From: Octopus sinensis
Lineage: Eukaryota
Length of the DNA stretch: 64,000 nucleotides
Assembly (NCBI RefSeq): GCF_006345805.1
Contig: NC_043013.1
Coordinates: 28,892,001-28,956,000 of the forward strand
Reading direction: 5' to 3'
The position numbers and the translations under genes are program-made. This document shows, one piece after another, positions 12,828-25,057 of the stretch. Numbering within the stretch: the first letter of the stretch is position 1; each line of letters begins with the position of its first letter. The notes under the pieces were generated by a model. The model had not been told where the DNA came from. It was given only the letters and a program-made list of their open reading frames with translations, and did not search any database.

Positions 12828-13945
12828 GTGATGATGGTGGTGGTATTTATGAGAGCAGAGATGCTGATGGCAGTGGAAGCAGATGTGGTGGTGGTGGTGG
12901 TGGTGGTGGTGGTAGTTGTGATGGTAGTGGATTTGGTGGTGGTTGATGTTGTTGTTATTGCTGTGGTGGTGGTGATGTTGGTGATTGTGGGAGTGGTGAC
13001 AGCACTGGCAGTGGTGTTGGTGGTTATGATGGTAGTGGAGTTGGTGGAGGTGGTGGTGGTTGGTGTTGTTGCTGTTGTGGTGTTGGTGGCAGTGCTGGCA
13101 GCAGTGGTGGTGGTTGTGATGGTAGTGGTTGTTGTGGTGGTAGTTGTGATGGTAGTGGTTAGTGTTGTTGTTGCTGTGGTGGTGGTGGGAGTGGTGGCAG
13201 CACTGGCAGTGGTGTTGGTGGTTGTGATGGTAGTGGAATTGGTGGAGATGGTGGTGGTTGGTGTTGTTGTTGTTGTGGTGTTGGTGGCAGTGCTGGCAGC
13301 AGTGGTGGTGGTTGTGATGGTAGTGGTAGTGGTTGTTGTGGTGGTAGTTGTGATGGTAGTGGTTGGTGTTGTTATTGCTGTGGTGGTAGTGGGAGTCGTG
13401 GCAGCACTGGCAGTGGTGTTGGTGGTTATGATGGTAGTGGAATTGATGGAGATGGTGGTGGTTGGTGTTGTTGTTGTGGTGTTGGTGGCAGTGCTGGCAG
13501 CAGTGGTGGTGGTTGTGATGGTAGTGGATTTGGTGGTGGTTGTGGTTGTTGTGGTGGTGATAGTGGTTGTTGTGGTGGTGGTAGTGGTTGTTGTTGTGGT
13601 GGTGGTGGTGGTGATGATAGTGTTGTTGGTCTGGGTGGTGCTGACGATAATTGGTTAGAAATGTTTGCTGTGGGGTGAATGGTTCTGGTGGTAACAGAGG
13701 TAGAGGCAGAAGTAATGATGGTGGTGAAAACAGATGTAGAGGTGGTAGTGAGTTTGATGTTGATGATGATGGTGGTGGTGGTGGTGACAATTGGTTAGAA
13801 ATAGTGTTAGTTAGAGAGATAGTTCTGGTAGTGGTAGTGATGGTGGTGATATTGATAGTTAGAAACAGTAATTGCTGGGTGGTTCTGGTGGTAATGATGG
13901 GGGTGGTGAGAATAGCTGCAGTAGTTGTCATAGTGGTGGTGGTGC
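12828..13945. repeat. GTG/GTT/GTA trinucleotide tract with about 200-bp higher-order repeats
   Basis: gcactggcagtggtgttggtgg at about 13002, 13200 and 13404. Confidence 0.9.
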
Positions 13946-14023
13946 TGCTGCTGAATTGGATTGTTTGCCACTATTAAGGAATATGAAGCTGGGATTAGAC
14001 TGTTGTGAGACAGATTAGTTTAA

Positions 14024-14649
14024 CCCTTTAGCATTTAAACCAGCCATATCCAGCCAAAATATTCTCCTTGTATTGTCTTCAAACTGGCCAGATCCAGCCT
14101 CTTACACCTACCCTACAATGCCATTCTAAAAATAAACAGACACATCTTCAAAATCTTGAAGCTACAAGATACTACATGATTAATTTTTTTAAATGTGATA
14201 AATAGGTGCAGGAGTGGCTGTGTGTTAAGTAGCTTGCTTACCAACCACATGGTTCCGGGTTCAGTCCCACTGCATGGCACCTTGTCTTCTACTATAGCCT
14301 CGGGCCAACCAAAGCCTTGTGAGTGGATTTGGTAGAGGGAAACTGAAAGAAGCCTGTCGTATATATGTATATATATGTGTGTGTGTGTGTATGTATGTCT
14401 GTGTTTGCCCCCCCCCCACATCACTTGACAACTGATGCTGGTGTGTTTACGGCCCCGTAACTTAGTGGTTCAGCAAAAGACACCGATAGAATAAGTACTA
14501 GGCTTACAAAGAATAAGTCCTGGGGTTGATTTGCTCGACTAAAAGGCGGTGCTCCAGCACAACTGCAGTCAAATGACTAAAACAAGTAAAAGAGTGAAAG
14601 AGAGAGTAAATAACATTACATTGGATAAATTAATCTGAATGCTAAAGGG
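14024..14649. mobile_element. piggyBac-like MITE (CCCTTTAGCATT family) with a nested family-1 SINE
   Basis: TTAA-CCCTTTAGCATT ... AATGCTAAAGGG-TAAA; SINE at about 14205-14610. Other copies at 14770-14996, 19713-20302 and 56761-56979. Confidence 0.8.
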
Positions 14650-15169
14650 TAAAGCCTCAGTTTAGATGATTAAGAAAGATTTTGTGAGCAGCCATATTAA
14701 CCCTTTTGATATCTAGATACCAACCTGCCTGAAGCTTACCGGGATTTATAATACAAATTTTATATTTTACCCATTTAGCATTTAAACTGGCTACATCTGG
14801 CCCAAATAGTCAACCTGTTTCATGTTCAAACTGGCCACATCCAACCTCTTACACCTACCCTACAATGTCATTCTAAAAGTAAACAATCACATCATTGGAA
14901 TCTCAAAACTACAAGGTAATAATAATACATGACTAATTCAGATCAATGTGAATAAATAAGCATTTGATTTGACAGAATAATGTGGATTCTAAAGGGTTAA
15001 TCTTACTCATGCATCATATGTATGTGGCGCGCTGAGTTTTTTTGGATTTGGCACAGGCTCAGTGCTCATGAGATGGGTGCCTTGGCACACTTGTGCATCC
15101 TGTATTGCTGCTCCTGCTGGCCTAGGATGAGTTTTAGCAACATCATCTCGGTTATGGTTTTTCCCACCA

Positions 15170-15400
15170 GCACCAACTGATCGTGGTCATTGCCAGCCTC
15201 CCCTGTTTCCTGTGCCAGTGGCACGTGAAAAGCACCCACTACACTCATGGAGTGGTTGGCGTTAGGAAGGACATCCAGCTGTAGAAACACTGCCAGATCA
15301 GACTGGAGCCTGGTGCAGCCTCCTGGCTTCCCAGACCCCGGTCGAACCGTGCTACCCATGCTAGCATGGAAAACGGATGTTAATCAATGATGATGATGAG
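15170..15400 (+). mobile_element. SINE with an RTE-like (TGA)n tail, partial copy
   Basis: Same family as 2126-2300 and 20465-21012; ends catggaaaacggatgttaatcaatgatgatgatgag. Confidence 0.8.
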
Positions 15401-16558
15401 TACAAGAGGGCTCATGGGATCATAGCTACAGTTTGTGTGCTTATTCAGTAGAGTGAAGGTTCCAGGTTACCTGCGAGCAGTTATTGTAGGATGACTCTAA
15501 AGTGGAACGGGAACCAGACCTGAGTTGTTCCCCAAAAGAATCTCAACCTCAAAGCACATACTTTAGTATAGTACATGCCAGTTGACCATTGCATTTGCAT
15601 GGCAGAATTGTCACTTTGGGATGTTGCTTTGGCACTGCATCACCTGACTTGTTCAAAGAGATGGAGACTAAAAGAACCGCTTGCATACAACCTGATTTAC
15701 TATTCAGGTTGATGTGCTAAATACAGCAGTTACCACACTGCAATCTATTGAATCTCTTCTCGTGAATGGCACAATCTGGTATTAAGGCAGTGGAATGGTA
15801 GAATCATTAGCACACTGGCCAAAATGCTTACTGACATTTCTTCCAGCTTCATATGTTCTGAGTTCAAATTTTGATGAGGTCAACTTAGCTTTTTACCCTT
15901 TCTGAGTTGGTAAAATAAAGAACCAGTCTAGTACTGGGGTTGATGTCATTGATTAGCCTCTTCCCCCCAAATTTCAGGCATTCTACCTAAAGAAGAAAGA
16001 ATTATTATTATCATTATTAAGGCAGCAAACTGGAAGATTTGTTTGTTTTTTAAACAAGCCCAACCATCTTAAAATGGGAAGAGCGCATTGGAAAACAAGG
16101 TCTCAGATATGTTGTGTTTGAGAAAAAGCAAAAGGCATTTCAACTATGACCATTCTGTTATTCTTCTTTGTGTATCTTGCCACTTTAAGATGACAAGGTG
16201 CAATTTAAGGGATTTTGGTTGATATTTCTTGCAAGTTGAGCAACTGTATAAAGGCTCCCTCATTGGCTTGTGTACATTGGTTGTAGTTTAGCCCTGAGCC
16301 AATCCAGATTGGAGAGATTTGTTGTTTAATTATCTTAATTCATTTTTCAGACAGTGTGTACCCACAGCCATGTTACTTAGTATCCTTCATTCTTTTAGCA
16401 TGATAGACTTAGCTGCTATGTTTAGAAGACTGGATCACCACATGGAAGCTTACTCATTATTAGCTCATGTATATATATGTATGTCAACATGTGTGTGTGT
16501 GTAGATATATTTCTTTTATTCTTTTACTATAGCCATAATCATATTTCTATTTTGACAG

Positions 16559-16682
16559 TGTTGCAAAAATTCTTGATGGTAAAGGTGCTGGTAAGAAGGG
16601 CCGATTCCAAGGAAAAGCAAACAAAATGGCAAATCGTGATGAAGCAATCAAAGTGATTCAAGAGAAACTCACATCATCTTAA
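16559..16682 (+). CDS. AARSD1: Terminal coding exon of alanyl-tRNA editing protein Aarsd1 (AlaX family)
   Basis: Pyrimidine-rich acceptor tttctattttgacAG (AG at 16557-16558), one phase nucleotide, then VAKILDGKGAGKKGRFQGKANKMANRDEAIKVIQEKLTSS-TAA. This matches the AARSD1 C-terminus as I recall it (VAEVLEGKGAGKKGRFQGKATKM). No upstream exon was recognised in the window. Confidence 0.9.
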
Positions 16683-16719
16683 AGAGAAGAAAAACAACTT
16701 TTGTGAAATGAAATACTGA

Positions 16720-16725
16720 AATAAA
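16720..16725 (+). terminator. Candidate polyadenylation signal of the AARSD1 transcript
   Basis: AATAAA about 38 nt after the stop codon, followed by T-rich and GT-rich sequence at about 16749-16820. A further AATAAA at 17342 is an alternative. Confidence 0.4.
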
Positions 16726-17525
16726 TATAATTTGTACCTACAAATCCATTTTTTATTATATGTTGGTGGTGGTAATGTTGGTAGTGGTGTTGGTGTTGAT
16801 GGTTGTGGTGATAGTGTAGTTACTTTTATCAGCTTCAAGTGAAAAAAAAAAATTTATAGTAAATGGATCTATCAGTTTTAACAGTGAGTATACAATTGTT
16901 TGATCACCTTAACTGTTTTGTCACCATATTTCTGCCTTTGTTTCAATAGATTAGGAAAATGTTGAAGAATTTAGTGAAATAACAATCACTATTAATCTAA
17001 TACTTGGAACATAATTTAACATTGAAATTTGACGGAGAATTTTAACTTGGGTCATTTCAAAACAGAAAGCTTGCATCATAGAATCAGAGCCAGTCTCAGG
17101 TAGGTTGGCATCAAAAAGGGTCAACTCCCTGTAAAATAGTGGTTCTCAACCATTTTCCATCCATGAACTCCTTTGATTGATTTTATATTCTGGTGCCACC
17201 ACCACCATAGCCATTTGATGTTTAAAGTCTAGTTTTACAGGTACTTCTTTCTTTCAAACTTCTTATTTTGTTATTCCCATGTAAACTTGTCTAGGTTGAA
17301 CTGCATAAAATACCAGAAAGAGAAACAATTGTATTTTTTGCAATAAATTCTTTTATTTGTTTCCGTCATTTGACTGCAGCCATGCTGGGGCTCTGCCTTT
17401 AGTCGAGCAAATCAACCCCAGGATTTATTCTTTGAAAGCCTAGTACTTATTGTATTGGTGTCTTTTGCCAAACGACTAAGTTATGGGGACATAAACACAC
17501 CAGCATCGGTTATCAAGCAATGTTG

Positions 17526-18625
17526 AATAAGAAACAACCTTCTAAAGCTACGTATTCTGTGTTCAAATCCCATCAAGTTCAACTTTACCCTTCATTCGTC
17601 TAGAATCAATAACATAAAATATCATTGAAATACTGAGATTGTGGAGGTACATGGTCTAGTGGTTAGCGCAGCGGACTCGCAGTCGAGGGATTGCGGGTTC
17701 GAATCTCAGACCAGATGATGTGTGTGTTTATGAGTGAAACACCTAAGCTCCATGCAGCTCTGGCAGATGGTAAAGGCGAACTTCTGCTGACTTTTTCACC
17801 ACAACTCTCTCACACTCTCTTCTTCTGCATTCTCACCTGAGACGGACTGGCATCCCATCCAGGTGGGGAACCTATACGCCAATGAAACTGGGAAACCGAC
17901 CCTTATGAGCCAGGCATGGCTCCAGAAGGAACAAACAACACCAGAAATTGACATTACAATGTTTGGGTCAGCTTAGTTATCATATGACCTGGATCATCCA
18001 ATGGAAAGCAAGCTTACTAACAGCCAATAAGAACCAACCTTTCTAAAGCTATGTATTCTGTGTTCAAATCCTGTCAACTTCAACTTTATCTTTCATTCGT
18101 CTAGAATCAATAACATAAAATATCATTGAAATACTGAGATTGTGGAGGTACATGGTCTAGTGGTTAGCGCAGCGGACTCGCAGTCGAGGGATTGCGGGTT
18201 CGAATCTCAGACCAGATGATGTGTGTGTTTATGAGTGAAACACCTAAGCTCCATGCAGCTCTGGCAGATGGTAAAGGTGAACTTCTGCTGACTTTTTCAC
18301 CACAACTCTCTCACACTCTCTTCTTCTGCATTCTCACCTGAGACGGACTGGCATCCCATCCAGGTGGGGAACCTATACGCCAATGAAACTGGGAAACCGA
18401 CCCTTATGAGCCAGGCATGGCTCCAGAAGGAACAAACAACACCAGAAATTGACATTACAATGTTTGGGTCAGCTTAGTTATCATATGACCTGGATCATCC
18501 AATGGAAAGCAAGCTTACTAACAGCCAATAAGAACCAACCTTTCTAAAGCTATGTATTCTGTGTTCAAATCCTGTCAACTTCAACTTTATCTTTCACCCT
18601 TCTAGAATCAATAACATAAAATATC
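17526..18625. repeat. 501-bp tandem duplication, about 2.2 units
   Basis: Unit starts (aataagaa) at 17526, 18026 and 18527. Segments 17591-18095 and 18092-18596 are almost identical. Confidence 0.92.
17641..17942 (+). mobile_element. tRNA-derived SINE (family 4), duplicated at 18142-18443
   Basis: A-box TGGTCTAGTGG, anticodon-like arm around CTCGCAG, B-box GGTTCGAATCTC, (AAC)n tail. Related decayed heads at about 10110, 41900 and 62150. Confidence 0.8.
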
Positions 18626-19482
18626 CTTTTCTACTCTCGGCACAAGGCCTGAAATTTTGGGGGAAGGAGCCAGTTGATTAGATTAACCCCAGTACGCAAC
18701 TGGTACTCAATTTATCGACCCCAAAAGGATGAAAGGCAAAGTTGACCTTGGCGGAATTTGAACTCAGAACGTAATGATAGCCGAAATACTGCTAAGCATT
18801 ACCATTGAAATACTGAGATCAATTTAATCAAAACACTTCTCCACCCAGATTTGTGGCAATGTAGCTATTTATCTTTTGTTTGTCATTGGACTGTGGTCAT
18901 GCTGGAGCACAACCTTGAAGCATTTTGTCAAACAAATTGATCTTAGTTCTTTATTTCTTATAAGTCTGATACTCATTATATCAGTCTCTTTTGCTGAACT
19001 GCTAAGTTATGGGAATGCAGACAAACCAACACCGGGTGTCAAGTGGTAGTGGTGCTGACAAAGTCACACACATAATTACATATTTATGCATACATGACAA
19101 GCTTCCACACAGTCTCCATCTACGAAATTCACTCACAAGGCTTTAGTCAGCTTGGGGCTAAAATAGACGACATTTACTCAAGGTGCTGCACATTGAAACT
19201 GAACCCCAAACTACAGGATTGCTAATTAAGTTTCTGAACCATACAGCCAAACCTGTGCCCATTAAACTAATCACACTGGATTTAGTTTTGTATTTAGTAA
19301 CAATGGCCAAGTTAAAATGGTATTTTTCTAAAACAGTTTTAACACTCTCTCTCTCTCTACACACACATCCTACCTAGTACTTATTCTCTCTGTGTCTTTT
19401 GCCGAACTGCTAAGTTACAGGGACGTAAAGACACCAACATCGGTTGTCAAACAATGTTGGGGTGACAAACACAGACACACAA

Positions 19483-19525
<43 letters not shown>

Positions 19526-20464
19526 CGATGGGCTTCTTTCAGTTTCTCTCTACCAAATCCACTCACAAGGCTTTGGTCGACCTGAGCCTATAGTAGAAAA
19601 CACTTGCCCAAGGTGCCACGCTGTGGGACTGAACCCAGAACCATGTGGTTGGTAAGCAAGCTAAGGGAATCTTATAAGATGAATTCAGAAAAGACTTAAT
19701 CAGCACCTTTAATCCTTTAGCATTTAAACTGGTCATATCTGGTCTAAATCTTGTACCTGTTTTATGTTTAAACTGATGAGATCTGGCCTCTCACGCTTAC
19801 CCAACAATGTCATTCTAGAAATAAACAATCATCAAAATCTTTAAGTGATAAAATAATGCAGGATTAATCCCAAACGGGGGGAATAAATAAGCATTAGTCT
19901 TTTATTTATTCTTTTACTTGTTTCAGTCATTTGACTGTGGCCATGCTGGAGCACCACCTTTAATCGAAGAAATCAACCCAATGACTGATTCTTTGTAAGC
20001 CTCGTACTTATTCTATCGGTATCTCTTGCCAAACTGCTAAGTGATGGGGATGTAAACATACCAACATCAGTTGTCAAATGATGGTGGTGGGAGAAACACA
20101 GACACAAATAACAAACACACACATATATATACGACAGGCTTCTTTCAGTTTCCGTCTACCAAATCCACTCACAATGCTTTGGTTGGCCTGAGGCTATAGT
20201 AGAAGACAGTTGCCCAAGGTACCACGCAGTGGGACTGAACCTGGAACTTTGTGGTTGATGAGCAAGCTACTTACCACTCAGCCACTCCTGAATGCTAAGG
20301 GGTTTATGGTTTCACTCTTAAAACCACAATATCCACTTATATGAGATCTCTTTTGATTTACAAATGTCACATTAGATTAAGAGACAAATACGTACCAGTC
20401 ATATAATCCCATGGGCTCAAATCAAAACTCTAATACCTCTTGCCTCTATCTTTTAAAAATTTAA

Positions 20465-21012
20465 CACGTAAAAAGCACCATCCGAATCGTGGCCGATGCC
20501 AGCGCCGCCTTGACTGGCTTCCGTGCCGGTGGCACATAAAATGCACCAATCCGATCGTGGCCGTTGCCAGCCTCGCCTGGCACCTGTGCAGGTGGCACGT
20601 AAAAAGCACTCACTACGCTCACGGAGTGGTTGGCATTAGGAAGGGCATCAAGCTGTAGAAACACTGACATTGTTGGGTAGGCGTGAGAGGCCAGATCTCA
20701 TCAGTTTAAACATAAAACAGGTACAAGATTTAGACCAGATATGACCAGTTTAAATGCTAAAGGATTAAAGGTGCTGATTAAGTCTTTTCTGAATTCATCT
20801 TATAAGATTCCCTTAGCTTGCTTACCAACCACATGGTTCTGGGTTCAGTCCCACTGCGTGGCACCTTGGGCAAGTGTTTTCTACTATAGGCTCAGGCCGA
20901 CCAAAGCTTTGTGAGTGGATCAGACTGGAGCCTGGTGTAGCCTTCTGGCTTCCCAGATCCCCGGTCGAACTGTCCAACCCATGCTAGCATGGAGAACGGA
21001 CGTTAAACGATG
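20465..21012 (+). mobile_element. SINE with an RTE-like tail carrying a 256-bp templated insertion
   Basis: The family sequence gtagaaacactg|cca|gatcagactggagcc is interrupted at 20665-20920. Confidence 0.85.
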
Positions 21013-21403
21013 ATAATAATAAATAATAATAATAATAATTATGTACAGTGCTCAGGTGCACTACAACTCATCTAAAGTGTATATATAATCAGGTGTAGTT
21101 TCGGCGGATTTCGGAAAGCATGAGGGCCTTAAAGGATGCAGTGTCATGGCAGTCAACAACTGACGCAGGCAGTTTATTCCATGCTTCAGCAACTCTGAGC
21201 ATGAAAAAATGTTTCCGAAAGTCATGGGAGCTGTGTTGTTTTCTGACTTTGTAGGCATGTCCACGTGTGTTAGACACATGGAGATCAAAAAGGTGTTCAG
21301 TGTTGTTGTTGGTGAGGTGGTTGATAACCTTGTGGGTGTTTACCAAGTCCGTCGCCAGACGCCGGAGCTTCAGTGAATCCATGCCCAGGGAAACAAGGCG
21401 CTC
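21013..21403 (-). mobile_element. 5'-truncated 3' end of the same CR1 family
   Basis: Reverse complement of about 8503-8880 with only a handful of substitutions (ERLVSLGMDSLKLRR...RRNYT). The tail reads (TAA)n on the + strand at 21013-21040. Confidence 0.92.
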
Positions 21404-21656
21404 GATGATAATTGGATCCATTTTACTCTCAAGATCCAAACAGGAAGCTATAATATTTTGTGGTTTAGTAAGCATAAGTGTGACTGTGTGGCAAGAAGTT
21501 TGCTTTCCTTACACATGATTTTGGGTTTGGTCCCATTGTGTGGCCACAACGAGCAAGTATCTTCTGTTACAACCCTGAACCAATCAAAGCCTGACTGCAG
21601 TTGGCAGATGGAAACTGAAAGAAGCCCATCACATACACGCACAACACACATATATA

Positions 21657-21892
21657 TTTATTTCTTTACTATCCACAAGGGGCTAAACATAGAGGGGACA
21701 AACAAAGACAGACAAACGGATTAAGTCGATTACATCGACCCCAGTACGAAACTGGTACTTAATTTATCGACCCCGAAAGGATGAAAGGCAAAGTCGACCT
21801 CGGCGGAATTTGAACTCAGAATGTAGCGACAGACGAAATACAGCTACGCATTTCGCCCAGCATGCTAACGTTTCTGCCAGTTCGCCCCCCTT
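21657..21892 (-). mobile_element. Family-2 SINE, full length
   Basis: Reverse complement of the 42143 element. Approximately 16-bp TSD aacacacatatatatt / aacatacatatatatt. Confidence 0.85.
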
Positions 21893-22633
21893 AACATACA
21901 TATATATTGCTGTTAACAATTACCTGGAGTGCTGCGCTGTTAATAAGGGTCATCAGGGTCTGGTGCAACGTGTGTGAAGCTACGCGCTTTATAGGTGTGA
22001 AACTCTAGGTAATCCAACGAACCAGCCATAACTAACTTTATCTAAATACTGTACTGCTCTATAATTTAGCATGTGTTTCTCTTTCAGATTCATGATTTAC
22101 TGACGATGTGTGTGTGTGTGTGTTACTATCTCCTTGCCTCAACTTCAGATAATTGCTGTAGATGAATGTATCTGCCATGCAAGTGGTCTCCTTCATTTCC
22201 AATCTGCCACGAAAACATGTCTGGCCATGCAGAAATATTATCATGCTTGGAAAACCGATGAGGATTAGTGAAAAGAAGGACATCTGGCCATAGGAAATCT
22301 GCCTCAAAAAATTCTGGGGAAACTAAAAGAAGCTTGTCCTGTATATGTGTGTTTGAATGAGTGTGTGTGGTGTGTGTATGTGTCTCTTTGAAACCACTTG
22401 ACACCACTTGTAAATGAGTGTCATTGTCATACAAGCAGTGTCATCCATTCCCAATATTCTGCATAAACATGTCTAGCTAAAGGGAGATTACCTTTTTTGG
22501 AAATAGGTGAGGCTTGGTGGCAGGAAAAGCACCCAGCCATAGAAATTGTCACAGTGAACTCTGTCCAACCCAAGTAAGTGTGGTAAAACGGACGTTAAAA
22601 TTATGATGATGATGATGTAGTTGCAACGGAGGG

Positions 22634-23042
22634 GGATCTTTTCGGTTTGAACGGCAGCTTTTTCTAGCGGTGTCATATGAAATTGTCACCCATAATTATG
22701 ACCCTATTATCAATCTATTGCATTTCAATGTTTTAGGGTTAGGGGTGAGGAGAAGGGTATCTTTTTTTCTTCTGAAATGTAAATAAATCCAATCTTTTTC
22801 TTAAACGAGGGACATATTCATACGGCACAGAATGGTTTTTACCTCAATAGACGTCAGTGATTGGTTGAAATTGCAGAAATTGAAGAAAAAAAGCTACAAA
22901 TATCTTACAAACTATAGAATTTTCTCAATAAAGCCAAGAGAAAAAGATGTTTTATAAATACATTCTACCAGTATACGAAGTTTAAAATTTTTTAGTTACC
23001 TAGAAATTATGTTAAAAACTGCCGTTCAAACCGAAAAGATCC
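22634..23042. mobile_element. MITE with perfect 24-bp TIRs and an internal TTAGGG motif
   Basis: GGATCTTTTCGGTTTGAACGGCAG / CTGCCGTTCAAACCGAAAAGATCC; ttagggttagggg at about 22733-22745. Confidence 0.85.
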
Positions 23043-24131
23043 AAAGATTTTTTAAAAATTAAAAAAAATATATATATATATAGGAAATAATGAAATAACT
23101 AAATTTCATAAGCATAGGCTGCTTTATTATTTAATATTCTTTCATTCCAAGAAATTTTCTTTCATCTTTTATTTTGGAAATCGGTTACTGAGGTTTTTAA
23201 AAAAATATTTCATCATCGCTATATTTATTCCTCCCTGATATAATGGAATTTCTGATTCAAAAACAAAAAAATGTTCCTGTAGAGGGGGGAGAAGGAGGAA
23301 GAAACGGAGGGGAGGAGGAGGAGAGGTGGTGCTGTTCTTCGGAACAGGTTCTTTTCCGTTCAATTTACTTTCCTCTGCTCTTATCGCTACATACGAAGTT
23401 CTAAATTTGAAATTCTGTGGAAGGGAAATAACTCTGGATGCTATTTCTGAAGCTTCAGTTTCCACACGTCTTTTATGAAGAGACACAGTAGGGGAGACAA
23501 AACAAAAATGCATTTCTTAACGTCTTTGTGGCGTCCCGAGATCAAATTCGGCCAGAGTTAACTGTCTTTTAATATACTTTCGGTGTCGATAAAATAAGAA
23601 CCTGTCGAATACTGGCGCCGATATAATCGTTATATGCGTTAGCGTTGTTTTTTTTTTTTTGTTTTTTAATAAACCTGGGGTGGAGTAGGCACTAATATAC
23701 GGCGGAGGTAAAGAATACACACACCACTCGTTTTCGGTGTAACCCTAACCTTAAACGGCGTAAACGGGTTGTGTGCGTATTTTTTACGTTCGCCCTAATA
23801 TGTTGTACTATTCTAGTGGTTTCTAATTTCCGCTCAAAGCCAGCAATTTCGGGGAGAAAGGGGTTAGTCGATGCTTTTATTTTATTGACCCCCAGAAGGA
23901 TTAAAGGCATTGTTGACCTTGATGGAATTCAAACTTAGAATGTAAAAGGGTAGAATAAATACGACAAAGTATTATTGTTAGTCCTTTCTTATCAACAGTC
24001 ATTTCTTTTTATTTACTGAAGGATGAGTCTATAAACTATTACACTTGTTGGATGGGTGTAATAGTTGATCGGCAGACATTCGGAATGGCTCTCCCAAACT
24101 CATGGAGATGATGGGGGGAGGGGGGAACAAA

Positions 24132-24213
<82 letters not shown>

Positions 24214-25057
24214 ATGGACTTCTTTCAGTTCCCACCTACCAAATCTATTCACAAGGCTTTGGTTGGCTCTAGGCTACAGTAGAAGACACTTGCCCAAGGT
24301 GCCACGAAGTGGGACTGAACCAGGAACCATGTAGTTGGGAAGCAAGCAACTTACCACATAGCCACTCCTGCGCCTACATAAATTTACATTCCTTAAACCA
24401 TTCACTTTTGATGATGGAGGACTTTGTGCCTGAAATATATAAAGGATTTTTTAAGTTCCCCTTCTACACATTATTAGAGGCTCTCTGTGTTCCTTATTTG
24501 TTAGTTTACTTGTGACTCAACATACATCTAAACACCGGTTACAACAGTGAAGTGCTCAGACACATTCTCATGATATAATGCATGATCTTTCAAGCTCTGG
24601 AGACTAAAGCTCATGGGATGTGTTCAACACAGCACTGAATGGCCAACCTTGGTGCGTGCGCGTGTGTCTGTACACATACATACATACTGCAAAGCCACAC
24701 ATTTTCAAACTACTGTGACTTTGGCATCAGTTGCCCATGGTACAGGAGATGTTGTTGCTCATATGCTGCACAGATCTATCTCAGATGCCCCCCCCCCATA
24801 CACACACACTTATATGCATGCATACACACATAACTAGAGGTGTAGAAAGCAGTATTTAATGAAATATATGTGTGTACAATTATATTTAACTTATTCATGT
24901 ATACTCAGATGTGGGAAGACCTTTCACTGTGCTTATAGTCTCAGGAGAAAATTCTCCACCTGGACACTGGTTGAAGAAAAGCATTATGGTCAGCAATGGA
25001 AAACTGGAAGAAAGGAATAGTGAAGAACCATGCTGTGCAGCAATTCTCTCTCGGTTC

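Noticed and set aside
17641-17715. Apparent tRNA gene (also 18142 and 30413)
   Set aside because: No proper acceptor stem or T-run terminator; the sequence continues into a SINE body.
23169-23513. 114-aa minus-strand ORF
   Set aside because: No recognisable domain; the poly-Pro/Leu comes from a GGA repeat.
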